Below, piece after piece: positions 1 through 9,296 of a DNA stretch of 64,000 bases. The DNA is taken from contig JBBSZK010000007.1 of NCBI GenBank assembly GCA_038044745.1, forward strand, positions 45,521 to 109,520, given 5' to 3'. The DNA is from Nanobdellota archaeon (GTDB lineage Archaea > Nanobdellota > Nanobdellia > Pacearchaeales > GW2011-AR1). Made by a program: the position numbers and the translations under genes. Each line of letters opens with the position of its first letter. Position 1 is the first letter of the stretch. The notes below the pieces were generated by a model. The model did no database searches. It saw only the letters and a list, made by a program, of their open reading frames with translations, and was not told the DNA's origin.

Positions 1-93
1 TTTCCTCTTTGTGTTTCGTTTTCGGGCACGTTTGATGGCCAAACGGTAACGGGTATTGTGGGCAGCGCACAACGTGCGCGGAGGACTCGCTAA
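1..93 (+). CDS. 3' end of an ORF entering from the left edge (unknown function)
   Basis: Frame 1 is open from base 1 to TAA at 91-93. The TAATG stop/start overlap with the next ORF suggests one operon. Confidence 0.3.
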   Translation, partial: FPLCVSFSGTFDGQTVTGIVGSAQRARRTR

Positions 94-659
94 TGCAACG
101 CAGAGGTGTTGTCGGAGAGGGGCTCGTTATTCCTCTTGTTATTTTAGTCACGCTGGTTAGTTCTGCGGCGTTTGTGTTTGCGGTTTCTGCAACGCTCTTT
201 GTTAAAGCCACTCCTTCGTGGTCGAGTGCTTCTTCGTTTGACTCGTCTTCGAATTCTTTCATGCTTCTTGACCTTTTTCTCTCTGATACTTTGAACGGTG
301 TTTCGGTCAAAGAGGTGCTTATGGGTCTTCCTGATCGCGAAAGCCGCGAGCAAGATGCGCTTGCGCTTGAGAAGCTCTTCTCGGAGCGTTACGGGTGCGG
401 CGGTACTAACTCTTTTGTTGTTCTCTATCTTGGTTCGGAAAGAACTGTTGCGCGATCTGATAGCTCGTCAACGGCGATTCGGTTTTCTTTAGGATATCCT
501 GAACGGCTCTATTCGGGTAACGGGTTTACGACGGCCAGTCGCGTGTACGATGACGGGGGTGTGATTCTCTTTGGGAGTTATGCTTCTGCGCATCCGCAGT
601 TTGCCTCTTCGAATGTTGGTTCTGCATCTATTGCGGTCGATGGGAAGGTGTTATGTTAG
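93..659 (+). CDS. pilin-like protein with putative class III (prepilin-type) signal peptide
   Basis: N-terminus MQRRG-VVGEGLVIPLVILVTLV: basic residues plus Gly, then a hydrophobic helix. First of four such ORFs upstream of an A24 peptidase gene. Confidence 0.5.
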   Translation: MQRRGVVGEGLVIPLVILVTLVSSAAFVFAVSATLFVKATPSWSSASSFDSSSNSFMLLDLFLSDTLNGVSVKEVLMGLPDRESREQDALALEKLFSERYGCGGTNSFVVLYLGSERTVARSDSSSTAIRFSLGYPERLYSGNGFTTASRVYDDGGVILFGSYASAHPQFASSNVGSASIAVDGKVLC

Positions 660-1123
660 CGCGACGTGCCCAACTGGGCTGGGCCTTTTTGATTATTATT
701 GTGCCTGCACTCTTTGCAGCAACATACCTCGTTGTTCTCAGTTTTCGAGACGATTATGAAGGAAATTCGGTTCCGTTCGCAGAGGTTGCTTCGTCTTCAG
801 TTTACTCTCGGCAGTATGCCGAAACTGTTTTGCGGTTTGTTGTTAAACGGGCCGTGCAGGAATCGGACGTTGCGCCCTTCAGAGAGCGTTTTGAAGAACG
901 GTTTGTTGCACTCATGCGCGAGTACGATTCGGGTGATGCTCGGTTTGGTACGTTTTTCAAAGATGTGACTGAGCGTAAGCAGTACACTCTTACCGAAGCA
1001 GGAGGCGTTTACACGCTTAAGGTGTCGGGCATTCAACAAACCACCCGCTCGGTCAATGGAAAACATCAGATTACTCGTACGTTTGATCTCGAGGTGCGCT
1101 TCACTCGCGACGGGTTGTTGTGA
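653..1123 (+). CDS. pilin-like protein with putative class III signal peptide
   Basis: N-terminus MLARRA-QLGWAFLIIIVPALF. Overlaps the previous ORF by 7 nt. Confidence 0.5.
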   Translation: MLARRAQLGWAFLIIIVPALFAATYLVVLSFRDDYEGNSVPFAEVASSSVYSRQYAETVLRFVVKRAVQESDVAPFRERFEERFVALMREYDSGDARFGTFFKDVTERKQYTLTEAGGVYTLKVSGIQQTTRSVNGKHQITRTFDLEVRFTRDGLL

Positions 1124-1157
1124 AAAGCTTTATAAACAATTGTCTTCTTTAGCTCTC

Positions 1158-1616
1158 ATGCGTAGTGTGCTTTCGAAAAGAGGTCAGGAGATGTCTATAT
1201 CGACGCTTGTCCTTATTGTTTTGGCTATTATCGTGCTTGTACTTGTTGTTATTGGGTTTACCGGTGGATGGAGTAATCTGTGGGATCGTATTTCTAATTT
1301 AGGTGGCGGCAAGGAGAATGTGCAACTTGTTGTGCAAGCCTGTGGGATTGCGTGTAGTTCGGATTCACAGTATGATTACTGCTCGAGGCTACGAGAAGTC
1401 AACTTTGGGAAGGGGAATGTTCCTGCCAATTTCGTTGCCACCGATAGCGATGGCGATGGTAAAATAAAGGTCACGTGTGGCTCGCTGGCCAAAGCGAACG
1501 TTGGAGGTTTAGTGTGTGATTCGTTTGCTTCGACTTCGGGTTGTGAACGGGAGTTTGACGATCAAGCAACTGCTCCTTCGCAACCTTCTGAGGTTGTTGG
1601 GCCACCAGCGCCTTAA
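1158..1616 (+). CDS. Cys-rich pilin-like protein with class III signal peptide
   Basis: I chose the ATG at 1158 because the tracked start at 1056 overlaps the previous ORF. N-terminus MRSVLSKRG-QEMSISTLVLIVLAIIVL. The C-terminal domain has an ACGIAC motif and further Cys residues. Confidence 0.55.
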   Translation: MRSVLSKRGQEMSISTLVLIVLAIIVLVLVVIGFTGGWSNLWDRISNLGGGKENVQLVVQACGIACSSDSQYDYCSRLREVNFGKGNVPANFVATDSDGDGKIKVTCGSLAKANVGGLVCDSFASTSGCEREFDDQATAPSQPSEVVGPPAP

Positions 1617-1624
1617 TTTTTCTA

Positions 1625-1939
1625 ATGATTTCTCGGCGCGGGATTGAACTTGCGGTTTCTACCTTGGTTGTGCTCGTGATTGCGATTTTGCTTCTTATTG
1701 GCCTTGCGTTTTTCTTGACGGGAGGATTCGCACGCCTTAAGGATACGACGAAGCCATTTACAGATACTACCGAGTCTACTGCCATTCGAGAGGCATGTCG
1801 ATTGGCTTGCACAGCTGAAAACTATCCCTCATTTTGTTGCACTCGCTACTCTTTAGGTGATGAAAGCGTGCTTTGTACAGATAGCCGATTGGATGTTGAA
1901 TGCGCGGCTGCTCAATGCGAGCAAGTCTTTTGTCAATAG
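1625..1939 (+). CDS. Cys-rich pilin-like protein with class III signal peptide
   Basis: N-terminus MISRRG-IELAVSTLVVLVIAILLL. It has an ACRLAC motif and about 9 Cys in the C-terminal half, so it looks paralogous to 1158..1616. Confidence 0.55.
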   Translation: MISRRGIELAVSTLVVLVIAILLLIGLAFFLTGGFARLKDTTKPFTDTTESTAIREACRLACTAENYPSFCCTRYSLGDESVLCTDSRLDVECAAAQCEQVFCQ

Positions 1940-2134
1940 CGCAATTGTTATAAATCGTTCTTGCCTCTTTAATTTATGAGTGATTATGTTTCTGTTGAAC
2001 GGCGAAAAAATAAGAATGATAAACGAGCTAAGCGGCGGTTTCGCGTCTATAAACAAGGCGGAACGTTTAGGGGAACCGAAGTTGCTGAGGGGAAAAGCCA
2101 CTAGAGTTATAAACTATCTTTCTCTTTGACAGGT

Positions 2135-2953
2135 ATGCAGGAGTATTATTTTTTATTCGGGTTAGGCTTTGTTTGGCTTTGTTTTGCCGTTGTGCAGGAC
2201 TTACGCACCCGTGAAATTTCTAATTGGTTGAATTTCTCTCTTTTGGGTCTTGCTCTTTTTTATCGAGGGTTTGTTGCATTTGACAGTGGCAAAGCGCAGT
2301 TCTTTTGGTGGGGTGTTGCAGGAACGTTCTTCTTTGTTGCTCTTGGGTATCTCCTTTACTATGGGCGTGCCTTTGCGGGGGGCGATGCTAAGCTCCTCAT
2401 GGCGTTAGGCCCTCTTATTCCCTTTGAGAGATTCAATGACCTCGTTGTGCTCGGGTTAGGTTTTGTGTTTGTCCTCTTTTTAGGAGGTTCGATTTATAGT
2501 TTGATTTATACGGCCGCTTATATTCCCTCTCGTTGGAAGCCCTTTAGTAACTGTTTTGCAGCCCGATGGAAGTCTTCTCGCTTTTTTATGTATCTCTGTT
2601 TTGTTTTAGGGGTCGTTATTGGCCTTTCTATGGCTCTCCTTGATGTTGTCGCAGGTTTGCTTTTTTTGGCGGCGTTTGCGTTGCTTCCATTTCTTTACCT
2701 TTATGGGAAAACGGTAGAATCTTGTTTTTTTATCAAACGAGTTCTTCCTTCGAAGCTTGCCGAAGGAGATTGGTTGGTGCGTGATGTTTCTGCTGGTGCT
2801 CAGGTTATTCGGGCGCGCGTTCATGGGCTAACTCTGAAAGAAATTGCGATGCTTCGGAAGGCCAAAAAATCGGTAACCATTAAAGAGGGTATTCCGTTTA
2901 GTCCCGCTTTCCTGTTGGCCTTTCTTGCTATGGTATTCTATGTTTTAAGATAA
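2135..2953 (+). CDS. prepilin/preflagellin peptidase, A24 aspartic protease family (PibD/FlaK-like)
   Basis: Polytopic membrane protein with the two A24 Asp motifs (VVQDLRTREISN and FAGGDAKLLMALG). ATG at 2135 lies about 25 nt after the TATA-like agagttataaac. Confidence 0.75.
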   Translation: MQEYYFLFGLGFVWLCFAVVQDLRTREISNWLNFSLLGLALFYRGFVAFDSGKAQFFWWGVAGTFFFVALGYLLYYGRAFAGGDAKLLMALGPLIPFERFNDLVVLGLGFVFVLFLGGSIYSLIYTAAYIPSRWKPFSNCFAARWKSSRFFMYLCFVLGVVIGLSMALLDVVAGLLFLAAFALLPFLYLYGKTVESCFFIKRVLPSKLAEGDWLVRDVSAGAQVIRARVHGLTLKEIAMLRKAKKSVTIKEGIPFSPAFLLAFLAMVFYVLR

Positions 2954-3548
2954 TCGTGTCTTTTTTTTGAGAAGGTTCTTGTTTAACGGCCTGCTTTTTT
3001 ACACGAGGTTTTCGCTCTTTTGCGGCCAAGCGTTTTTGCATTTTATCAAGTTCTTCTGCGGTTGCTTCGTAACGTGGGGACGTTATTGAGAGGGGTTTTT
3101 CGTAACAAGGGATCACGTTGATTACTTGTTCTTTAAATTTTGTTTCAGTTTGAATTTCAATTCCTTCTGGCGCTAACTTCGATTTCATTCGTTTTGCTAT
3201 TTTCTTTGCAAGCGTGAACGCTTGCGTGGGTACCTGTTGCTTCGCGGTCACGGCGCTCAGCGGAATGATAAGTACGTGGCCTTGGCTCACAGGTCGTATG
3301 TCTAGCACGGCGAGTGCGTATTTGTTTGCATCTATTTTCTTGCTTGGCAAAGAACCGTTTACGATGAGGCGCATAATGTTCTTTTCAGGTTGCTTAGTCT
3401 TTTGCTGGTTAAGCATAAGTTCTAGCGCTTCGGGAGACATTTCATCTATTTGTTGTTGGGCTTCTTCGCGTTGGTCTTCTGGAAGGTGTTGGATTTGAGA
3501 CGAAAGTTGTTTCTTTAATTCCTGTATCTCTTGCGGCGTAAGGGCCAT
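2928..3548 (-). CDS. HIT-fold-like protein lacking the histidine triad
   Basis: The core YALAVLDIRPVSQGHVLIIPLSAV matches the HIT beta-sheet pattern. VINVIPCYE occupies the position of HxHxHxx. The N- and C-terminal tails are charged. Confidence 0.4.
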   Translation of the reverse strand: MALTPQEIQELKKQLSSQIQHLPEDQREEAQQQIDEMSPEALELMLNQQKTKQPEKNIMRLIVNGSLPSKKIDANKYALAVLDIRPVSQGHVLIIPLSAVTAKQQVPTQAFTLAKKIAKRMKSKLAPEGIEIQTETKFKEQVINVIPCYEKPLSITSPRYEATAEELDKMQKRLAAKERKPRVKKQAVKQEPSQKKDTIILKHRIP

Positions 3549-3554
3549 GGTTGT

Positions 3555-3788
3555 TTAAGCGCGTGCTCGTTTAAGAGGTTTTTGTTTTATAATAAATGTT
3601 TTGAGAACCATTGAACCATCTACCACTAATCCTGCAAGGGCGATAATGAGCATTACGAGGGCGTTTATTTTTGTAAGTGGCGTATTTGTTGTGAGATGGT
3701 ATATTGCCAGTATTGCGAAGTAGCTGAATACCACAAGTCCAAATATATCGTAGAAAACGGGGTTTTTGAGAAGAGATGCAAAGGCCAT
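3555..3788 (-). CDS. small membrane protein (two predicted TM helices)
   Basis: 77 aa and hydrophobic. Its start abuts the stop of the upstream aEF-1beta ORF (3788..4063) on the same strand. Confidence 0.4.
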   Translation of the reverse strand: MAFASLLKNPVFYDIFGLVVFSYFAILAIYHLTTNTPLTKINALVMLIIALAGLVVDGSMVLKTFIIKQKPLKRARA

Positions 3789-4063
3789 TAGCCGAATGCT
3801 CGGCGATACTCTTCAATGGTTACCGAAGAGACGTTTTGTATTGTGGCGAGGCCCGATTCAATGAGGTCCGTGCCTTTTTCTTCGGGCAATGCACATTTGA
3901 TGATAAGAGCTTTAAGTCCAAAGGCTATGTCTTGCTCGTCAATCGAAAGACTCTTTGCGCCGTGCTTCTCCATAAAGTTACGGATATGATTTTTTATGTC
4001 ATGAAGCGGGGCCTGAGGCGAATCGGGCATCACTTTTATCGATAAAATTACGGTTGCTCCCAT
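3788..4063 (-). CDS. ef1b: translation elongation factor aEF-1 beta
   Basis: 91 aa. IKVMPDSPQ...IAFGLKALII...VSSVTIEEYRR matches the archaeal EF-1beta pattern and size. Confidence 0.75.
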   Translation of the reverse strand: MGATVILSIKVMPDSPQAPLHDIKNHIRNFMEKHGAKSLSIDEQDIAFGLKALIIKCALPEEKGTDLIESGLATIQNVSSVTIEEYRRAFG

Positions 4064-4156
4064 TACTCGTTTTGGAACTAATGGTTTTTAAATGTAGCCC
4101 CTTCATCTGTTTTGTCGTGGCATAATCCTTTTAAACTTGAAATTTAGTGAGTGTTA

Positions 4157-5041
4157 ATGGCTAATTATGATGCGCTGCTTGATAGAATCGCTAAAGCTGC
4201 GAATGTTGCTCGTGATGAAGTTGAGCGTCGAATCGAGGGAAAGCGCGCCAAGCTCTCCGGCTTAATTTCTAAGGAGGGTGCTGCGCAGATTATTGCTGCC
4301 GAGCTAGGAATTAGCTTTGATAATGAGCTCATGAAAATTAATGAGCTTGTCGAAGGCATGAAGCGCGCGCACGTTGTTGGCAAGATAACTCAGGTTTTTC
4401 CTGTTCGTTCATATTCAAAAAATGGTCGCGAAGGCCAAATAGGCAGCTTTTTATTGGGGGATGAAACGTCTAATTTACGTGTTGTGCTCTGGGACGCGCA
4501 TCACATCGATCTTTTGAACTCGGGCGCGCTTAAGGAAGAATCCGTTGTTGAAATTTTAAACGCGTCCATGCGTAATGGCGAGTTGCATCTTGGTGCATTT
4601 TCTGATTTAAAACAGAGCTCTGAGGTGCTTGCTCAGGTGCACACGAGCAGAGTCCTTATCGAAGGAAGTCTTCTTGACGCTAAGCCGGGAGCGTATCTTA
4701 AGATACGGGGCACTATTGTGCAAATTTTCGATCCTAAAATTTTTGAGGATAAGAAAAATCCTGGTCAGCAACGCGCTCTTGTGAACTTTGTGTTGGATGA
4801 CGGGTCAGAAACAATTCGCGCACTCGCTAACGAACGCACGCTTGAGCAGTTTGGCGTGCCTTCTGCCGATGTTTTTTCGTCTGAAGCTTTTGTTCGCCAC
4901 AAAGATGCGCTTTTAGGAGAAGAAATGTTCTTTGTTGGTTCGTGCAAGACTAACACTTATTTTAACCGCGTTGAAATGAATATTGAAAAAGTTGAACGTC
5001 TTAATCCTGAAGAATTGATTGTAGCGCTTGGGCGCAACTGA
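4157..5041 (+). CDS. RPA-like OB-fold single-stranded DNA-binding protein
   Basis: N-terminal helical domain followed by OB-fold signatures (VVGKITQVFPVRSY...GQIGSFLLGDETSNLRVVLWD) and a second OB-like half. Confidence 0.6.
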   Translation: MANYDALLDRIAKAANVARDEVERRIEGKRAKLSGLISKEGAAQIIAAELGISFDNELMKINELVEGMKRAHVVGKITQVFPVRSYSKNGREGQIGSFLLGDETSNLRVVLWDAHHIDLLNSGALKEESVVEILNASMRNGELHLGAFSDLKQSSEVLAQVHTSRVLIEGSLLDAKPGAYLKIRGTIVQIFDPKIFEDKKNPGQQRALVNFVLDDGSETIRALANERTLEQFGVPSADVFSSEAFVRHKDALLGEEMFFVGSCKTNTYFNRVEMNIEKVERLNPEELIVALGRN

Positions 5042-5068
5042 TTTAAAGCTTGATTCGTTCTTTTTATT

Positions 5069-5518
5069 ATGATGTTCAGGACTCATGTTGCCCTCACTCT
5101 TTTTTCTATTTTTTTCTTGATTCAACACGTGCAATACAAATTCGCTTTTTTTGTTGTGGCTTTAATTGCAGGCATCTTTCCTGATATCGGTTCGGGCTTT
5201 TCTTTGTTTGGAGGAACGCGTTTGGTTGGTTCTTCGCGCATTACATCCTCTATTCATGGCTTTTTTCATAGTCTGACGTTTGTGTTGGTCGCTTCCGCGT
5301 TGCTTGCGATCTATCTCCCCATTTACGCCCTTCCTTTCTTTTTAGGGTATAGTCTGCACCTCTTTGCGGATTCGTTTACGATTGAGGGAATTAAGCCTTT
5401 TTGGCCATTGCGTTACGAATCAAAGGGCCCCCTTAAGTCGGGGAGCTCTGTTGAATCTATGCTTTTTGTCGGTTTTTGTATTGTTGATTTTGTGCTCTTG
5501 ATTAATTTCTTTCTCTAA
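5069..5518 (+). CDS. membrane-bound metal-dependent hydrolase (DUF457/YdjM-like)
   Basis: Four to five TM segments with a conserved His/Asp pattern (THVAL, FPDIGS, HGFFHS, HLFADSFT). Confidence 0.5.
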   Translation: MMFRTHVALTLFSIFFLIQHVQYKFAFFVVALIAGIFPDIGSGFSLFGGTRLVGSSRITSSIHGFFHSLTFVLVASALLAIYLPIYALPFFLGYSLHLFADSFTIEGIKPFWPLRYESKGPLKSGSSVESMLFVGFCIVDFVLLINFFL

Positions 5519-5576
5519 CGTGACATGTATTTTTCATTAGCACGATATTTATAAAGAACATCGGAATCGTTTTGTT

Positions 5577-6578
5577 ATGGTGAAGGAAGAGGAAGTGGGT
5601 GCGGTTGTTTCTGAAAACCCTGAAGAGCGTAAACTGACCGACTTGCCCGGGATTGGTCCTGGTATCGCCACTAAGCTTGAATCTGCAGGCATTTATGATT
5701 TAATGGGTCTCGCGGTAATGGGTCCGAGTGCTCTTGCGGAAGTCGCGGGGGTGGGCGAGGGTGTTGCTCGCAAGGCTATTCAGGCAGCTCGTGGCATGCT
5801 TAATCTTGGTTTTATCGATGGTAGCGAGTTTGAACGTCGTCGTAAGGATGTACATTATATTACCACAGGGAGTAAGAATTTTGACGCACTTCTGGGAGGA
5901 AAGGGGGTTGAATCACGGGCGATTACCGAAGCGTACGGTGCCTTTGGTTCAGGAAAGACACAGCTAGGGTTAACACTTGCTGTGTATGTTCAGTTGCCTA
6001 AAGAGCAAGGGGGCGCTAATGGCAAAGCAGTTTTTATTGATACCGAAGGGACGTTTAGGCCTGAGCGTATTAAACAGATTGCGGAGGGTATTGGGGCGAA
6101 TCCGGAGAAGGTACTTAAAAATATCCTTGTTGCTCGTGCCTTTAACTCTGATCATCAGATGCTCCTTCTTGATAGAATTGGAGAACTTATCAAGGAGGGT
6201 GAACCGATTAAGCTGATGATTATCGATTCGCTTACTGCTCATTTTCGCGCCGAATTTTCGGGACGAGGTCAACTTGCAGATAGACAACAGCGACTGAATC
6301 GATATCTTCATCAACTTATGAAACTCGCGGAGCAACACAATATTGTGGTGTACGTCACTAATCAGGTTATGGCAAATCCTGCCATGATGTTTGGAGATCC
6401 GACCACGGCTATAGGGGGCAATATCGTGGGTCATGCCTCAACGTATCGTATTTATTTGCGTCGAGGTAAAGCAGGGAGCCGCGTTGCTAAACTTATTGAC
6501 TCCCCTAATTTACCGGACAATGAAGCGCAGTTTTTTGTTACTACAAAAGGTTTGCGTGATGAAGGCGCGGAAGAATAG
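5577..6578 (+). CDS. radA: DNA repair and recombination protein RadA
   Basis: HhH N-terminal domain ([20 protein letters not shown]), Walker [10 protein letters not shown], and Walker B LMIIDS. Length is typical for RadA. TATA atttataaag lies about 25 nt upstream. Confidence 0.95.
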   Translation: MVKEEEVGAVVSENPEERKLTDLPGIGPGIATKLESAGIYDLMGLAVMGPSALAEVAGVGEGVARKAIQAARGMLNLGFIDGSEFERRRKDVHYITTGSKNFDALLGGKGVESRAITEAYGAFGSGKTQLGLTLAVYVQLPKEQGGANGKAVFIDTEGTFRPERIKQIAEGIGANPEKVLKNILVARAFNSDHQMLLLDRIGELIKEGEPIKLMIIDSLTAHFRAEFSGRGQLADRQQRLNRYLHQLMKLAEQHNIVVYVTNQVMANPAMMFGDPTTAIGGNIVGHASTYRIYLRRGKAGSRVAKLIDSPNLPDNEAQFFVTTKGLRDEGAEE

Positions 6579-6760
6579 TCGATAACGATACTTGTTCGCT
6601 TGTTTTTCTATGGTTTTTCTTGCTTTCTTCTTTTAGCAGATGGCCTCTTTGTTGGTGCATTTGCAGAATCTGTTTTTCATAGGCACGAACGCAGATTGTT
6701 CTTGAGGGAATACTCTTGTTTTATGTTGACGTTCAGGTACTTCTTTGGGTTGAGGGGGCG

Positions 6761-7072
6761 TTAATTGTATACCCTGTTCTCAGGAGTTGCGGGTGCGAGC
6801 CCCAGTTTTTTACGGCCCAGTTGTATAATTATGTCTAAGCGAGTAATTTTTCCTTCTGCATAGTCTCTCAGAAATTTTTCTGCATTTCCGTTGTATCTTG
6901 TTTCAACGATATTGACACAGGCTAATTGGGCTTTTCGTGCGCTTTCTGTAGGGTCGTCACCGGGTGTTGAAAGTGCGATATTCGCTGCTTCGCGCGCACC
7001 ATTCGGGTGGCTTCTCAGAACGTCGTAAATTTCTCTTTGTTTTTCGGTGAGTGTTTCAATGTTCTTTGTCAT
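6761..7072 (-). CDS. hypothetical protein
   Basis: 103-aa ORF in a gap between other calls. No motif recognised. Confidence 0.4.
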   Translation of the reverse strand: MTKNIETLTEKQREIYDVLRSHPNGAREAANIALSTPGDDPTESARKAQLACVNIVETRYNGNAEKFLRDYAEGKITRLDIIIQLGRKKLGLAPATPENRVYN

Positions 7073-7149
7073 GGTATGGGGTTCTTCCTTTTTGGGTTTT
7101 TAAAGTTATGCTATTCTTTTATGTCGTTTACTCTATTTGTTCAGAATTA

Positions 7150-7221
7150 CGCCCCCGCGAGGAATTGAACCCCGGTCCCAACCTCCGCAAGGTCGTATTC
7201 TATCCGTTAAACTACGGGGGC
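7150..7221 (-). tRNA. tRNA-Arg (anticodon GCG)
   Basis: 72-nt cloverleaf read by eye: acceptor GCCCCCG/CGGGGGC, anticodon arm CGACC-TTGCGGA-GGTTG, T arm CGGGG-TTCAATT-CCTCG. Confidence 0.85.
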
Positions 7222-7258
7222 GTGCTATTGGGGGGAGATAAGGGTTTTTAAACGTTGA

Positions 7259-7828
7259 TTAGAAGTGCCTATCGAGTTCTTTTGAGTAGTCGTGAATCTC
7301 TTTTTTAGTAAACCAGAGCGCAATTTCTCGTTCGGCGGTCTCTGGTGAGTCTGAAGCATGTACGAGATTTCTTAAGACGCGTTCTTTAGTGTTTGCGAGC
7401 GCATACGACTCAATCATGGCGTAGTCCCCTCTGATGGTGCCAGGAGTGGCTTGGCGTGGCTCGGTGCTGCCCACCATTTTTCGTACGATTTCTATCGCAT
7501 GAGGCCCTTGTAATACCATCGCGATAACTGGGCCCTCTTGTAAGAATGTTGCGTTCCACGATTGAATCAGGCCCCCATATTCCATGTAGTCTTTATAGGG
7601 GAATGGCTTGCCTTCGGTCTCCTTTGCTTTTTTTGTTTTTTCAAACACATTTTTTGCCCATTGCTCGTCTAGAAAATAATGCTTCTTGGCAAATGCCTCG
7701 TCTACCCAAACCATTTTCATTGCAGCTATCTTCAGACCCGTTTTTTCGAAACGAGTGATAATTTCTCCTACCAAGCTTCTTGATACGCTATCCGGTTTCA
7801 GCACGACCAGGGTTTGTTCTTTGACCAT
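7259..7828 (-). CDS. ndk: nucleoside diphosphate kinase (with an internal insertion)
   Basis: TLVVLKPDSV, GEIITRFEKTGLKI and NLVHASDS motifs. About 40 aa longer than typical NDKs. Confidence 0.9.
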   Translation of the reverse strand: MVKEQTLVVLKPDSVSRSLVGEIITRFEKTGLKIAAMKMVWVDEAFAKKHYFLDEQWAKNVFEKTKKAKETEGKPFPYKDYMEYGGLIQSWNATFLQEGPVIAMVLQGPHAIEIVRKMVGSTEPRQATPGTIRGDYAMIESYALANTKERVLRNLVHASDSPETAEREIALWFTKKEIHDYSKELDRHF

Positions 7829-7908
7829 ACTGTTCTCTGATTGGGTGTGTTTTAAAGATTATGGTCTCGTATATAAACGATTAAAAATAACTCGCTCTAT
7901 CTTATTCA

Positions 7909-8487
7909 ATGGAAGATTACAAAGCCCTTGCTCTGCATACGGACATTTGTAAAACGTGTACGCGCGTGGTTATCGGAAAAGGAAATTTACATGCAAAGAT
8001 TCTGTTTGTGGGGGAGGCCCCGGGCCGGAATGAAGACGAACAGGGGCTGCCATTCGTGGGCGCTGCGGGGAAGAATCTTGACAAGCTTTTGGCACAGGTC
8101 GGTTTGAGCCTAGACGACATCTACATTACGAATATTTTGAAGTGTCGTCCTCCTGAGAATCGTGCACCTCTTCCCACCGAGATAAAAGCGCATACGCCGT
8201 GGCTTATTGAACAGATACGCGAGATGAAGCCCCTTGTTGTTTGTTCTCTTGGTAATTACGCGACGAAGTTCTTTCTGGCGCGGGGAGATGTTGATACAAT
8301 GGGTGATCAGGAAGGAATTACTAAGTTGCACGGGAAGGTACAGGCGATTGAATTCGAAGGTCTTCAGATTAAACTCATTCCTTTGTTTCATCCGGCAGCT
8401 ATCATATACAATCGCGCTCTTTTACCCCTCTGGGAGCAAGATATTGAGGTTGTTAAACGGGAAATTGCTCAGAAGACTTTATTTTAA
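7909..8487 (+). CDS. udg: uracil-DNA glycosylase, family 4
   Basis: C-x2-C near the N-terminus, plus ILFVGEAPGRNEDEQGLPFVGAAGKNLD and HPAA motifs. Confidence 0.85.
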   Translation: MEDYKALALHTDICKTCTRVVIGKGNLHAKILFVGEAPGRNEDEQGLPFVGAAGKNLDKLLAQVGLSLDDIYITNILKCRPPENRAPLPTEIKAHTPWLIEQIREMKPLVVCSLGNYATKFFLARGDVDTMGDQEGITKLHGKVQAIEFEGLQIKLIPLFHPAAIIYNRALLPLWEQDIEVVKREIAQKTLF

Positions 8488-8601
8488 TTTTTTTATTTTT
8501 AGTTTTGGGTACTTATAATGTGCGTCGCGTGTAGGTTTTTTACAGATAGTGCATATTTCTCCGAGCGTATACCCGTGAATTTGACATGTTCGTAATATCA
8601 T
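8479..8601 (-). CDS. nop10: H/ACA RNP protein Nop10 (40 aa, below the ORF-track cutoff)
   Basis: My translation is MILRTCQIHGYTLGEICTICKKPTRDAHYKYPKLKIKKLK. ATGA overlap with the aIF-2alpha stop. It occupies the conserved S27e - aIF2alpha - Nop10 operon position. Confidence 0.55.
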   Translation of the reverse strand: MILRTCQIHGYTLGEICTICKKPTRDAHYKYPKLKIKKLK

Positions 8602-9296
8602 TCTTTTATTTCGAGGATGCAGTGTTTTTTCTTCGCTCGTTCTTTAAATTCTTCGAGCAGAGAGAGCATTCTTGAGTTTGCTGTTTTAAACTCCTTATCC
8701 TTTACAATTACATTGAATTTTGATGAACCTAAATAATGAACTTCTGCCTTGTTCGTTGTGAGTACTTCTTGAATATCTTTAAGTCCCTGTTCGCCTTGGC
8801 TTTTAAGCGTCAGTGTGCGTTTTATTTCCTTTTCCTTTTCCTTTTTTTCAGAGAGTATCTTTTTTAGCGTCTCCATTTGTGCCTTAGTGACGTATTCTTC
8901 CAATACTTCTGGTTTTTCGCGGGCTTTATCCAGCAGTTCTGCGAGGTCGTGCTCTTTTGCAATCGTTTCAAGTGTTTGGTCTGTTTTCTCTCCAAAAATT
9001 GGGATGAGAATTGCACGCAATGTGCGCTCTTTTTTGTGTTTCTCAAGTACTGCTTCACGTTCTTTTGCAGTAACACGCCGTAAGCTTAGTTCAAGATGGT
9101 CTGGTCTCACACGTAATATTTTACATACTATTTTCTTGCCAGCACTTACAAATTCTCTAATGTTCCGTATCCTTCCCGCCGAGACCTCGGAGAGCGTCAT
9201 GCTTCCCTTCGTTTTATCATCCAGTTCTACGAACACGGTGGTGTTTTCCATCGATTTTATCGTGCATAAAACAAGGTCGTCTTCTTTGTAAGTCAT
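8598..9296 (-). CDS. eif2a: translation initiation factor aIF-2 alpha subunit
   Basis: N-terminal S1 domain (DDLVLCTIKSMENTTVFVEL...SEVSAGRIRNIREFV...LSLRRV) followed by helical and alpha-beta domains. Confidence 0.85.
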   Translation of the reverse strand: MTYKEDDLVLCTIKSMENTTVFVELDDKTKGSMTLSEVSAGRIRNIREFVSAGKKIVCKILRVRPDHLELSLRRVTAKEREAVLEKHKKERTLRAILIPIFGEKTDQTLETIAKEHDLAELLDKAREKPEVLEEYVTKAQMETLKKILSEKKEKEKEIKRTLTLKSQGEQGLKDIQEVLTTNKAEVHYLGSSKFNVIVKDKEFKTANSRMLSLLEEFKERAKKKHCILEIKE

